A stretch of 59,496 nt of DNA, counting the filler, from Dimargaris cristalligena (taxonomy: Eukaryota), in assembly GCA_003614675.1 (NCBI GenBank). It is 2 parts of 2 records of this genome, joined end to end, with 100 filler letters (N's around TTAATTAATTAA, not from the genome) between each part and the next. Parts side by side here need not be neighbours in the genome. Positions count along the whole stretch, not along the records: positions 1 to 29,711 come from ML002476.1; 1 more part is not named here. The stretch is one strand, 5' to 3'. Position 1 is the first letter of the stretch. Each line of letters begins with the position of its first letter. This document shows positions 1-12,399 of this stretch, in pieces. Position numbers and translations under genes: made by a program. The notes under the pieces are model-generated. The model was not told the origin of the DNA, ran no database searches, and was given only the letters and a program-made list of their open reading frames with translations.

Positions 1-589
1 CGTTAAATGTATTGGGGTCTACGACGCAGGGTCGGGTAAGACGCCCTTTCATCTAAAAAATAAAGAATTATATAATTGAGGAAACGGCATGTGCACCTAA
101 TATAGTTAATGTTGGAAATATAAATATGATGGTAAACGCAAGTGTCTTCAGATACAACTAAAAAGATTTAAAGAAGAGAGAAAGAACCGCAAGGGGCAAA
201 GCTAGATGCCCGTGGTTGGTTTTATTGTATTGGAAATAGCAGCAATAATGATAAAAACGTTGCTCCGAGTATAGGGTGATATGATCATAGATAGAGAATA
301 GTCCCCGGGATTAGGACGGACCAATCAGAGTAAAGGATTCGGACGGACGGGAGAAATGAATTTCCAACAGTTAATCCAGAGTGTTAGGTTATATCGTTGC
401 TATTCTGACATTTGGCGATTATTATTTCCTAAATAAAAGCCACATCCTCATTCAGGCAGACATGCTACCCTGTAATTAAATGTGTATTCCGACTGAACGA
501 ATTGAAATTATCACCCATGTGCAATACTCTGGTAAAGTGTGAGTATCCAACTTCGAACCCCTGGGCTACTCCATGAGTCGGTAATGATA

Positions 590-727
590 TGTGAGAAGTT
601 CATTCAGGCTGTAAAGCGAAAAATCCATTGGATGAGGCCAATATTACTGGTTAAAAGCCATTCTCATATATTCTCGCCCATACGTGTATTATGTAAAACC
701 TTATAGAGCTAGTTTGAATTTTATCCA
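590..727. mobile_element. 138-bp MITE, copy 1 (Tc1/mariner/pogo-like, TA target duplication)
   Basis: TA|TGTGAGAAGTTCATTCAGGCTGTAAAG...CTTATAGAGCTAGTTTGAATTTTATCCA|TA. Imperfect ~27-bp terminal inverted repeats; aligns with the copies at 12262, 29003 and 33623, all 138 bp long. Confidence 0.85.
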
Positions 728-1337
728 TATCATGTAATATAATATTCAGAATAATCGGATAATAGACTCTAAAGACTTTAATACAGATTGTAAAGTGCAT
801 TTCTAAAACCCCAAGTAAGAGTATTATTGAGACTTACTGGATTGACATTATATAATACTTGTTGGAGTGTAAGAAGCATCTGGTACAATGTAGTAACCTG
901 AAAACAACTACAAGAATCTACTTGGCTGGTCAGTCACCAAGGGGTTTGGCTTGACAACTATGACAGGCGTAGTCGTATCTATAGCAAAATGTAGACGGCT
1001 TTTACAAGCTTTAATTTTTCCATCTCTTTAGCAATCGAAAATCAGAATGTGTATCTTAAAGTGCGTATTTTTTCCCTTATACATTGAGTTGGCTATTTCA
1101 AATATTTAAGGACAGACAGATACAACCACGACTGCAAATTGCCCCCCCCTAAAAAAACTACACAAAGTGGGAGAGAACGAGAGATGTGGTGGCAAAAATA
1201 TGAAGTTCACCGCATAAAAGATTATATTTAAATGTGTAGGTTCGATACAATCGTGCTGAAGGAACAGCTGCATGGAATTGACCCAGTCAGCCACAAGTCC
1301 GTTAAAAATGATGAGGTAATAGAGACGCCCCCAGGAT

Positions 1338-2623
1338 TTAAACTAAGTTTCTGCCCTTCCGACCATTTTTCTTGGCTTGGCGTTCCGCCTTTGCTGAAGG
1401 TTTTTTAGACGACGGGGGAGCACTAGAGGATGCGGAGCCACCCGATTCAATGGCCATGGCCGACGATTTCGCATGGGTTGGTTGGGGCGGGTCTTCCATT
1501 AGTTGCTTAAGTTGCTTGGCCACTTCCTCTTCAGTCATATCCAGCTCATCAATGGTGAGGGTTTCCATGATCTCCGGTAGGAGACGTGCCACCTTTCGGT
1601 AGAGAGATTTTCCTATTCGTTCAAATAGAGTTAATCATATATGTTTAGGGGATTAGGGACTTGTGGCTGCAATATCGGTATTGTAAATTTTTTGGAGCTC
1701 ATTCGAGTGCAGATGTATGGGCCGCCGGGGGAAATTGTCGTAGTATTAGGGTGGGGGGCGAAAGAGGTACGTAGGGCATGTCACTTACGGTCTGTAATAG
1801 ACGAATTGAGCAATTGTCCGCCTTCGTGCCGTAATTGGACCTTGACTCGCCCAGGGTTTAAAAAGTCGCGGGGGTGGATCTTGTCGGGCTGGGGTCATTG
1901 GAATTCCAATGTATTCATAAGTATGTGTTAAAATCGGCTGATCAATATTGACGATTCACATGATGGTGGTTGCGAGTAAGGGAGGAGGGTCGCTGTTTTG
2001 GGATATCCGTTAGATTAGTTCGTAGATGAGAATACAATAAATTAGATATATAAAAATAGGCGCTTACCTCAAAGAGCAACTCAAGGTGAAGGTCGCTAAC
2101 CGCTTCGGCGAGATGGCGAACTCGGGGCCGCTCCACGGCCAAATCCAGGTTCACGCGACGGCCTTCCTCGATGGAATGGTTACGATCAAAATAAAGGGGG
2201 TAGAGGCACACCCAACTAGCCACACAACACAGGCGAAGAAGGGATAATGAAGGTTAGACGCGTCGGAGAACAAACCATATAGGATTCGAGGGGAAAGGTC
2301 AGCAAACGTAGTTTGCATTATTACATGGGCAGAAACCCAGCGGGCCAACGACCGATTCGCGGGATCGAGATAGGACCAAGGACCATGTGGGGTGAAGGAG
2401 TAGTGGCCCCTCGTATAGGAAGTGCATGTGAACATTAAGCGAGCGGCATCTCAACTTACTCTTTGAATCGGGCGTCATCGGTCACGTATTTGACGTTGTG
2501 GTGTCCGAGGTCGGCAGGCAAGGAGGTCGGCACTAGTGGTAGGGGAAAGTCCATGTTGTCGATGTCGTCGTCATCGTCTTCGATGGTGACCATTGGGGCC
2601 TTGCCTTTTGATGGGGGAACCAT
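1338..2623 (-). CDS. SEC65: Signal recognition particle subunit SRP19/Sec65; exons 2623-2460, 2215-2068, 1888-1789, 1612-1338
   Basis: The spliced frame gives MVPPSKGKAPMVTIEDDDDDIDNMDFPLP...WVCLYPLYFDRNHSIEEGRRV...AVERP...FEPDKIHPRDFLNPGRVKVQL...RKSLYRKVA and a basic C-terminus, matching SRP19 motifs. All three introns are GT-AG and in phase. Confidence 0.92.
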
Positions 2624-3993
2624 ATTGCTGTAAACGGAATCACGAATATGCAATTGGGGGATCGGAGGTGCAATATACTAATCAGGAATAGAGATATACT
2701 TAGCAAATGAAAATAGTTAAAGGTAATATTTGCGAATGGGGCATTCGAAAGATGGAGAGTTTAGTAAGTCCATACTAGGCTTAGAGACGAGGGTGGCTCA
2801 AAGATGGTGCAGCAGCCCCATATTCCGGACGCGCGGGATGTACCAAGCGCATAGTATAGGGCCGGATTCAATTATTCAATTTAATACCAGCATACTTCGC
2901 TGGGATCCCAATACATTATTTCAATCGAAGCACAGGCACAACTCCCATTATATTTCACGCCGACATATGCCTTTAAAAAACGGAGTAATCTTGGCAGTTG
3001 ACTTGAGCGGTAAAACCATTCCCCGGGGCAGACTAAACCACCCTCTACCTGGAATCTATATTTGGCACCCTAGCCTCAGACAGTGTAGCCAAGTGTAGCA
3101 CTAAATTCTGCCCACCTTTAACTATAAGAGCAGTTCTCCGACTAACCCAAGTAACAAGACGTGTGAACTGTATGTTAAATTAATCTCACCAAAGGATGTA
3201 ATAGTTCGAGAATTTAAAAGGCTGGTTTCAGTGCCATACACATAAGAATGGTAAATTATACTGAGTGAGAAACAATGTGGCCCGTATTTGTGGGGAGACA
3301 CCACTGCAATTCAAATCGGGATAAACTGTGTTGCATTGGTGTGGGCGAAGGCTGGCACACCTGGATAGTAAGTTTATAGGGTAAAATATACGGAAAATTT
3401 ATTGTGAACCGGTAAAGCCAGTCTCACCGAGCGAGTTTTTTATTGTGTGGCCGCCGTGGACCTCCCCCGTGCGGGTTTACAAGGGTTGAGGAGAAGGGGG
3501 ACGCCGACTTCTCTGCCAATGTCGGAGATTTGATTTTCCTATTTTAGCCGACCCGAAGGTGTAGAGTGGGACTTCAAAACCACCATTGAGCGTAGCCTGT
3601 ACCACCAATTTTTACACGGGGCGTGACCTGTTGACCAATATATAACGCGGGTTCACCTTGCGGTATAGGTGCCGCTAAAATACCAACGCGGGCTTACAGG
3701 GAAGAGGGGGGAGAATAGTCCGGATTCATTGTTCCCCTTCCTGTCGGTGATTAATTCGTGCGGTCGTTCCACTTCATTACACACCCGGGGTTATATTTCG
3801 AGTACAAGGGCGCCATATCCACACGCACACATAGATGTTGCTTTACCACACTATTAACTAATGTCTAACCGCTCCTGTACGCAGTGTAATTCGCTATCTA
3901 AGGTGCGTTTTCAATCTCCCGGGAGGACCCGCTTCTTCTGCGTCCAATATTATACATCCGCGTGGACTATCCGGCTTGGTATACACAGGTTCA

Positions 3994-4001
3994 TATATAA
4001 A
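3994..4001 (+). promoter_or_regulatory. Candidate TATA box of the signal-peptide/F-box gene
   Basis: TATATAAA about 150 bp upstream of the ATG at 4149, followed by a pyrimidine-rich leader. Confidence 0.45.
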
Positions 4002-4148
4002 AAGAATAGGCCGCCCACGATTAGCCCCATCTCCCTCTCTTTTTCTATATATTGCCAAGTCCTATACCCTACAAAATCTGGGTTTCCGGTTCAACTGGCC
4101 TATTTTCATACTCAACTCCGTAGAAGTCCCCGTCCCTAGTAATCCCTG

Positions 4149-5597
4149 ATGAATCTCTTCCTTGCCGTTGCCTCTACAGTAAGCTTACGCTTTGCACTGC
4201 TAGGACTGCTTGCCCCATTCGGTACAACGCACCCTACATTTTCCCAACAAGACCTGCTGGGAGAACTCCCATTTGAGGTACAAACCTTGTTAACCGACCA
4301 TTTGAACACTCAGTCTATAGTCCAGCTTGCACTAGTCTGCTCGCGGTTTAATTCGGTGGCTAGAGATGGGCTGCACCAAAGTCGAAATACGGTAAGTGCA
4401 CGGTGGTTTCTACAGTGACCTATTACATGTATCCGGGGGAGTGGGGGGGGGGGGGGGAGGGGGGTGTTTGCGTTTAAACCCATCCAATTTGCGCACATGG
4501 TATGTGGCTTATTTCACCATTACTAAAAATTATTCTTCTGGGTAGATTATTTATTTTCTTTCGTTGGCCACTTGGTGGTTTAGGTCACTGGTAAGATACG
4601 CACCTTCATGGGTATGCCAGAAACTGATATAAATGCCAAGCTTAGTAGCGTCCTGCCAACCCCTGCCAAACGAATCGAGACTCTTCTCGATATTATTCGA
4701 CCTTTTGAACTTTCGGCCTATCAGTCCATGGTGGTCTCAGTCCTGGAGTACCACCGTGTAGACCTGCGCGGCCAACCGTACGATGCTTTGGATAATGTCC
4801 CCGCCGAAGGCACTCCTGGTCCCTATGCCAGGCTGGCTCCCCATTTGCGGAGTGGGCTAGACCAACTGGCCACCAACTGGCAGTATCTCGACTACCGGGC
4901 CCTAAACCAGCAGCAAAAGATTGCCCTGAACCCCATCTGGGGTCTCATAGCCCAGGGTGAACTGGCCGACTTGGGCTGCGTTTGGAATAGTCTATTTGAC
5001 CTACCGTTTAATTCCCTTGAGCCACTCCAGCTAAAGGCGCGCATGTTAGCCATGCAGCGCGACACGCTCGATGCCAACCCAAACTACGCAGAGACCATCC
5101 CCGATGCCCAATGGTGGGCAATCACCCGGGACTTTGTCATCCCCAGTTTGGTGGTTGTTCTGATGGAAGAAGGCCAAAGTGCCTGGCTAGTTAATTTTTT
5201 GAAATCCAAGTTGAAAACGGATCCCCTGGTGGACCTCACCATCCTTTTGACCACTATTTTCCTACTCGAACGTGACGAATACCCATCTGACGCGGGGTTT
5301 ATCGAATACCTCGGTGGGCTATATGATACCAACTACCGGAACATGTACCTGCAATGCATGGGTGACTTTGGCCATAATCGGGCCCAGGTCACACTTATTG
5401 CGAAATGGCAAGTGACTCCAACCACCCTACCTGATTCATCCATCTGTGACAGCACTCTATACGACTCTCTAAAGTTATTTGTATCGGCAGATACTGTAGC
5501 CTTTCGCCTACTGCAAACAACGGTACCTGAAAATCTCCAAAGTGACCAGTTCTGGCGCAATGATTTAGTCACCGATGAATACAGCGAGCGAGTATGA
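4149..5597 (+). CDS. Putative secreted protein (~418 aa): N-terminal signal peptide, F-box-like motif, unrecognised C-terminal domain; exons 4149-4391, 4584-5597
   Basis: Exon 1 encodes MNLFLAVASTVSLRFALLGLLAPFGTT-HP (signal-like), then LLGELPFEVQTLLTDHLNTQSIVQLALVCSRFNSVA (F-box consensus LxxLPxE...L...L.LVCxxW/F). Donor G|GTAAGT at 4392 and acceptor TTTAG| at 4583 join in phase 0 to the 329-aa ORF. Confidence 0.75.
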
Positions 5598-6275
5598 TAT
5601 CTTATGAATACACATTACCAATACTCCCCTTATCATTCCTTACATTCAATAGATATGGGGTACGAAGTAGGCGGTGGCTGACTTAAATTGGGAAGAAGTT
5701 CAATCCGCCCATACCCCAGAGTCGATTTGCTAATTAAAAATACCCTCCAGTCACCTTTCCTTTAACATTGAAATTAAAATTAATATTCTAGCCGTTTTAT
5801 GCATGCCTTTCCTAGCTTAATTATACATTGAAATCCCAACACGCTATTCATTTTAAGAGAGTATATATTCGGAACTGACATCTTAGTATGATTAAGCCTA
5901 AGCAGCACCACTGGAGGCACGCAGAGCCTAGAGACGGAGGGAGAAGCGGCCACTTGACTTTCCACATTGAGCGAAAAGTTAGGACGTCTGCCCCCATGCC
6001 AAAAGTAATCGAACGATAGGTATTAGCTAGTTACCATGCGAGAATTCATTATTAGTTTTCCATGGAAAAGATTTGTGGGACCACGCTCAGGCACCCCACC
6101 GTTTAATTAATACTTCGCTATACCGATTTATTTCGAATCTATATGGTGTACTGATATGGAAAAATAAAAGGCGGGGCTATATAAGAGCTAAATCGTAAAA
6201 ATAGATAGGTTCGGGATACAGTTTACCGGGACAGATGCAGTATTTGCCTGGGCCACTTTCCACTTGATCCGACGC

Positions 6276-7304
6276 CTATTCCTGCTTAGCCGGGCTATCC
6301 GCCGCATCTGCTTCGTGGCCGAAAGTCTCTGTGAAGCCCTGCTCAAAGGCATCCATACCGAGACGGCCGTTGCCGTCCACCCCGTTCATGAAAGCCTCCA
6401 GCTGGTCCATCCGACGGCTCTGCATGTCGGGGCTGACTTCCTGGACGCGGAAATCACGGAGGGTAGTCCGCGTCACAAACGAAGTGATATCGGCATTATC
6501 CCCGCCGTTCTCCTCCGCGCCCAACAAGTACGGTGACTGGGCGGCCGGTTCCATGGCAATGCGCTGCAGATGGTCATCGATGTTATCGCGGGTCACAAAG
6601 TGCTGGGCGTTGTAAAAGAGGTCCACCATACGGGCCCGCAGTTCCCGCCGGTAGTGCGCATCCACATCGCGCCGGTTCTGTTGGCGCCGGGTGTGGCGAT
6701 CGGCCAGGAAACGGGCCTTATCTTCCGGGGTACTGAAACTCTGCACCAATTTGGATTCAATCGGGGCATCTTTCATAATGGTCGAGCCCTCCGCGTTGAG
6801 GAGATTTTCCGCCGAAAACGGATCCCGGGCCACCCGGGTCTGGAACTCCTGGCGCTCCGCCGCCTTCTGGGTCTGGGCCGCCTCCACTCGTTCCACCTCG
6901 GCCCGCTGGGCCTTTTCGGCCGCGTGGCGACGCCGGTCCGCCAGACCCAGCGAACGGGCCCGGTACTCGTAGCGGATCTTGGTCATTTCCAGCCGATAGG
7001 CCTTCTCCGGGGTGGCTTGGGCCGGCACCGGGGCGGGCTGACGTTGGGACGGCTTGGGTAGATCCTTCAAAGTCATGGGGGGCTTCTTGGCCCGATGGTT
7101 GCGGGGCCAATTCTTAGGGGGGGCAAACCCCGGGGCGTACCCACACACCCCCGGAACGTAGGAATCTTCCGTAGAGGGTTGGAAATCTCTGGGCTTGTTC
7201 GGTACCGAGGGAATCACGCTCGAGGCCCGTTGGGCTAGACGGGGCGCCGTCGAGAAAGCCCGGATCCGCGAGGCCATGTGAAGTGACGGGGAAATGGGAT
7301 TCAT
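6276..7304 (-). CDS. Mitochondrial protein, probably small-subunit mitoribosomal mS26/PET123-like
   Basis: Single-exon 342-aa ORF with an Arg/Ser/Ala-rich presequence (MASRIRAFSTAPRLAQ; alternative start 7277). Charged helical core and MVDLFYNAQHFVTRDNIDDHL resemble fungal mS26 as I recall it; the family call is tentative. Confidence 0.55.
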   Translation of the reverse strand: MNPISPSLHMASRIRAFSTAPRLAQRASSVIPSVPNKPRDFQPSTEDSYVPGVCGYAPGFAPPKNWPRNHRAKKPPMTLKDLPKPSQRQPAPVPAQATPEKAYRLEMTKIRYEYRARSLGLADRRRHAAEKAQRAEVERVEAAQTQKAAERQEFQTRVARDPFSAENLLNAEGSTIMKDAPIESKLVQSFSTPEDKARFLADRHTRRQQNRRDVDAHYRRELRARMVDLFYNAQHFVTRDNIDDHLQRIAMEPAAQSPYLLGAEENGGDNADITSFVTRTTLRDFRVQEVSPDMQSRRMDQLEAFMNGVDGNGRLGMDAFEQGFTETFGHEADAADSPAKQE

Positions 7305-8055
7305 GGTTATACAAAATTAGCGACCGCCAGCGAGGAGTTGTTAGCAAAAGAATGGGTCCTTTGACAGAGGAGGAATCGAAAGAGAACAGTGGTGGGTGGG
7401 CCGGCTGGTTCCGCTTGGTTAAAATCAGACTGGTAGGATTCCTTACGGTTGATCAGAATGGGGAGGAAACTCCGGCCTGATCAGGCAGTATAGTATGTAT
7501 GCGGTAGGTCTTGCTCTTACTTATTATCCATCCTAATGAATAACAGCCAGAATGTTCACGATGTGGAGAGCAGCGATTAGGGTACGCCTGGTGAATTGAT
7601 ATTATATTCACGTGATTTTAACCGCGGCATTTATTATACGCATTATGCATGTCATATGTAGACTATAGGAGCATAGGCTGAACGGGTTAACCCGCCAACA
7701 CCTGAAGTCAGGAAGAATGGGTTTACGAGTCGCTGTGGATTATAGTCTGAATTAGTGAGAAGGCGACGACGGATGTGCTATGGAGGAAGCAGCAGCGCCC
7801 TTTTGTCCACCGTCAACCACTCAATGCAACACGATCTCAACAAGCAACATCCAGAGGGGCTTTTTTACCTTCCCTAGACTCACACTGCGTGTCCCAATCG
7901 TTAATACTCCCCAACTCTTCCGCGCTCCCTTGATTATCCCTATTCCTTTCTGTGGCAGCTTCTGTTCTTGTAATTCACGGCATACCTACCTTCTGCGCAT
8001 TCGTCCATTTCCACCTCTCCCCTATTTTCCCACCAGCCCACCTACCCTAATCAAC

Positions 8056-8648
8056 ATGAGCTTCTCTGGCATGTTCGGACGTGGCGGAAACGCCGGCATT
8101 TCTGCCCAGCAGTCCCAGGCTAACCTTATGATGGCCGAGCAGGAAATCGAAATGGTCACTGATCTGTTTAACCGGTAAGTCGAACTCCCAGGGTTCTTTA
8201 TGGCTGGGCACATTATGCCTCTAGCTATACCATACGGTTTGTCGACGTGCCCTGTTGTTAGCCTGACCAACTCATTCTCCCCTTCCACATACTACACGTT
8301 GGCTTTCGATTGATATCCACCGAACACACTATCACTGCAGCTTTGAATCGGCCTAAACTCACTATATACCCGCTCACCATAATAACCCAACGACTATTTT
8401 GACTATGCTGAATTGTTAATACCGGGGAACCCCCTATTTACACTTTCACTATTAGTGTCTCCGATTCCTGTTTGAAGAAGTGCATTCCCGACGACTATCT
8501 CGAAGCCGACCTCAACAAGGGCGAGTCCGTCTGCCTCGACCGCTGTGTATCCAAATTCTTCGAAGTCAACAAGAAAGTGGGTGCCAAGCTGCAGGAAATC
8601 TCCGGTCAGAATCAGGCCAACGCCAACCGGTCCGGAGGACTCTTCTAA
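8056..8648 (+). CDS. TIM10: Mitochondrial intermembrane-space chaperone Tim10; exons 8056-8174, 8456-8648
   Basis: [52 protein letters not shown] carries the twin CX3C motif; the intron is GT-AG, phase 2. Confidence 0.95.
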
Positions 8649-9137
8649 GGTTCAGCAAAAAAATAACCCCCAGCTGAGAAACACCCTTTGGCCGATAATG
8701 TTTTTACGGAATTTGGTCAATTTTTATATATATAAAATATAACCTGCCGAAATAGGCTGTATTCACACATTTATGTCTATAAATTTCGGAGTGCCCTTCC
8801 CCCTCTTCCGCCAGGTAGATGTCATTCGAATTCTCTCCGATTAGAGTACGGTTTCCAATGCGGTTCAGACAGGATATGGTCCCTTAAATGGATATATGCC
8901 AACGATTTCCATAATCGGCACTACTATGGAGTGGCCCATTAATTATACTGGTGATTTAATTAGTAATTAAGACAATGGGATAGTAAATGTAATGTGCTTC
9001 GGTAAAAGGAAATCGTAATAGTACGGGGAAGTAATTTGCAAGAAATACTCGTAATCGAATCAGAAATTTCGATTATAATGGGTCGGGTCCGAACGAGACC
9101 CCCTCCCCATCAGTAAAAAACGGTTTCTATATCCCCT

Positions 9138-10724
9138 TTAAACCTCCTCCACCTTGCAGTACTGGCCATCGTCCAGGACAGCGATGGCGGCACCCAGACA
9201 CCAGCCGGTTTCCACGTCGTTGATCTTTCTGGCCGTATGCAGGGTACGTTCCTCCGGGATATCATAGCCCGTACTCAAGAGCGAGTAGACGTAGTTCAGA
9301 TCCATACAGTAGTGGGGGCGGGAGAAGAGCTCGGATTGGATCGCCGTATCGAAGACGGGCAGAATCTGTTTCGTAGCCGGCAATTGGGTGTTGGGCGGGT
9401 GCTGGTACATGCAAGCCCGTTTGGTAAGGGCCCGCAGCTGCTTGAGCTGGAACGTCTCCTCCAGACCCAAGGGCTGGGTACGATCGTAGAAGTAGGAAAA
9501 CACGTAGATGGGGTTGGTGGCAAAATAGTCAATCAGAGGAGGTTGGTAGATGCCCTGGAAACTGCAAGGCGAAGTATCACAGGGGGCGTGCTTGTGCAAA
9601 ATGCGACCGGCTAGGAGGAGACATGTCTTCCAACTTCCCGTATCAGTGCCCTGGAAGGTGACGGATTCCTTCAGCTCGGGGTGGTTGGTGGGCTTCCATT
9701 CCTCGGTGTAGTTACTGGGGAAGCAGGGGTTGGGCACCACCAGGGTCTTGCCAATCAGACCTTCCTGGGGATGGTCACGCAGATAATCGTCCAGAATGGT
9801 TTCCTTGATCTGCCGGCGGGCCTCCTTGAGCCCGTAGCCCAGGTAGCTGTGCTGGTACAGGTCATAGTGGTGGCCGTTGAAATCCAGGTTATAGTGGTGG
9901 TCGCCGGGGTGCATCGTGAACTTTTCGGCGGCGCTTTGCGAGCTGGGTTCGAACACAATTTGGGTGGAGCCACCGCCCAGATCGAACACGGCGGCGGTGG
10001 AGTCCTTGCTGGGGTTGCCCACGAGACGAAGGAGGTAGTTAACGGTAATCCAGGCGTAGACCCCTTCATCTTTCCCGTCCATGATCACGACACCGTCCTT
10101 CTTGATGATGGGGAACGGGTACTGGTTCTCCAGGTGTTGGCGCACGGCGTCCAGGATGACCTGACTCTGGGCCTCACCCAGGAGCCGCAGCCCAGCGGTG
10201 GCCTTGACTGTCACGGGTGTACAGTGGTGAAGGGACACGGGGACGTTTTTCAGCGCCGTTAGCATGAGAGCATCCAAACTCCGGGCGGCACCCTTGGGGT
10301 CGTCCGGGTAGGCAGACAGACCCGGTTTGGTATGCTCAAACACCTCGGACTCGAGTTCCGGGCCGTCTTTGCAGTAGTTGAACTTGTAAACGTGGATGCG
10401 GGAACCGGTGGAGCCGGCGTCGATCATCAGTGCGTACTGGATGAGAGGGCGACCCGGGTGGGATACGTCGCAATGCTCGGAAGAGAGGGCGGCATCCTTG
10501 GGGCGGAATAGTGTGAAGACCCGGCTGCTTTGCTGGCGCAGAGACGTCTGGCTCAAGACTAACCAGAGGGCCACCACGGCTAGACCCCCGTAGAAAAGGT
10601 ATTTGTAGATGCGACCGGCGGTCAGTGGTGATGAAGGCTTGGCAGCGTACTTATTGTTGCCCTCGGAATCGGCCACCGAGATGGAGTCGCTGTCGGGCTC
10701 CTGAACGAGCAGGGTCTCACGCAT
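9138..10724 (-). CDS. GDA1: Golgi guanosine diphosphatase (GDA1/CD39 family)
   Basis: One N-terminal TM anchor plus apyrase conserved regions IDAGSTGSR, KATAGLR, DEGVYAW, DLGGGSTQ and GWCLG. Confidence 0.93.
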   Translation of the reverse strand: MRETLLVQEPDSDSISVADSEGNNKYAAKPSSPLTAGRIYKYLFYGGLAVVALWLVLSQTSLRQQSSRVFTLFRPKDAALSSEHCDVSHPGRPLIQYALMIDAGSTGSRIHVYKFNYCKDGPELESEVFEHTKPGLSAYPDDPKGAARSLDALMLTALKNVPVSLHHCTPVTVKATAGLRLLGEAQSQVILDAVRQHLENQYPFPIIKKDGVVIMDGKDEGVYAWITVNYLLRLVGNPSKDSTAAVFDLGGGSTQIVFEPSSQSAAEKFTMHPGDHHYNLDFNGHHYDLYQHSYLGYGLKEARRQIKETILDDYLRDHPQEGLIGKTLVVPNPCFPSNYTEEWKPTNHPELKESVTFQGTDTGSWKTCLLLAGRILHKHAPCDTSPCSFQGIYQPPLIDYFATNPIYVFSYFYDRTQPLGLEETFQLKQLRALTKRACMYQHPPNTQLPATKQILPVFDTAIQSELFSRPHYCMDLNYVYSLLSTGYDIPEERTLHTARKINDVETGWCLGAAIAVLDDGQYCKVEEV

Positions 10725-12261
10725 GATGGAAGTCGAGTTAGAAATGAGCGGAGTGGGCCAAAGGAAATGTAGGTAGTATAAAACGCAGCTTAAGTATTAA
10801 AAAAACCCCTTCAGCTACCACACCTCATAAATAAAATGGAGGGGAAGAGACCTTTGAGAGGAACAATTAGCCGAACAGGGAGAAGAACCGGAATTAGCGG
10901 AGACAAGCAGTAAAAAAACCCATTGGCTGACGAACTAGGATATAAGCAGCAGGTAGGGTGGTAGCGCAGTCAAACCCCACCCAGTGGCACACAATGCTGC
11001 TGCTGTAGGCCCCTCTGCCATGTTCTATAATTCAGCAAAAGCCACTGAACCAATCATTATAAAAATGCCGACCAAACAAGAAACCCGATTAGAACCGTCC
11101 TCACTAGCTTACCTCCCGTTATTTCGCAGTGATTGGCGGAAGAATCATGATGCCCACCAAATAATAACAATGGTACATGTGCGAAGACTTCTCGCTGAAG
11201 GTCAGTCAGCAGGCATCCCCACCAGGTGTCCTACTACTTGACACAGCAGTAGCCGATGTATTGGAATAGCCATCGGACCGTGTTTGGCTTATGTAGCCCT
11301 GGAACCAGAGAAATTGTGGTCTAATATTCCCACCATATGTAGCACGCCTCGGCCGGCTCCATAAAAACATGACTATAGGTATCCTAATATGGGTGACTGC
11401 CTGGTTCCGCATAGGTGGGCATACCGGGAAGGCAGCTGCTGGGAATTGATATCCATGCAAACGAAATATAAACTATGCCCCACCTGGAATGGCCTAAAAC
11501 AATGTCTTAGAAGTAGGCTATAGTGTGTTATATAACCAATATTCCGTGTACTGGGCCGTTCCATCCCCATCGAAAACAGCTATACAACCAATACCCACAT
11601 TCATACTGTATTCCTGGACGAATACTGATGAACGGAGCTGCTCTTATCTAATCCAATCTCCGCGTAAACTAGAAGGATTAGAAAGAAGTATTACATAGCC
11701 AACCATACTTCCATATTATCTTTTACGGAGTGAGAGATGGGCCTCATTAATCCCAGCATTCGACGAAGCGATAACCATATGATGCTAGAATACACTAATT
11801 TTGATTTAGGTCGGCAACATAATTTAAACTCCTGCATCGAATACTATACAGCAAAACCGCCCAAGTTGTAAACCGTATTAGATGGTACTCCATATGAACT
11901 GCACTTATACTGCAGGCGCCACATGCATCTCTGCCGTAAGTGACAACTACTCGTGTATGCTAGATTTAGGGTCTTATTTGATTGGCGATACCCATTAGTC
12001 GCAGTGTATTGTCAGTGAGGAGGAGGGCGGGGGATACCAGTATAGAGAAGGGTATGCCTAAGTGAAAGGCTGCTTAATGGGGGGAGGGGCTTAAAAGAAT
12101 ACATGTAAAAACAATGAATAAAAGTAGTCGGCTTTAAAGAGAACCAAGTAAACCCATTTATATGTGCCTCATATCTTCGATATAGTTATCCACAAATGAT
12201 GCTGAAAATGGGGAAGGTGTCCCAGTGGGCTACCCGGGGCAAGGAGTGGTTGTGAACCACA

Positions 12262-12399
12262 TGGGAGAGGTTCAACCGAGCTGTATAACGAAAAATCCGT
12301 TAGGTGAAGCAAATATTACTGGTTAAAAATAAATCTCCCATATATTATCACATACACTTATCATTTAAACCATTATACAGCTGGGTCGGATTTCACCCA
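12262..12399. mobile_element. 138-bp MITE, copy 2
   Basis: CA|TGGGAGAGGTTCAACCGAGCTGTATAA...TTATACAGCTGGGTCGGATTTCACCCA|CA. Same family and orientation as 590-727, but flanked by CA on both sides. Confidence 0.88.

Noticed and set aside
1..52. Possible gene start or exon on the minus strand (MKGRLTRPCVVDPNTFN) running off the window
   Set aside because: Only 17 codons are visible and no motif is recognisable.
4443..4464. Poly-G tract in the F-box gene intron (similar poly-C runs at ~46610, 54711, 59443)
   Set aside because: Homopolymer runs are common in this window and nothing suggests a specific function.
6264..7110. Overlapping antisense and alternate-frame ORFs here and within GDA1, DBF2, TIM23, the aquaglyceroporins and Amt
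   Set aside because: These are shadow ORFs expected from GC-rich codon bias of the real genes.
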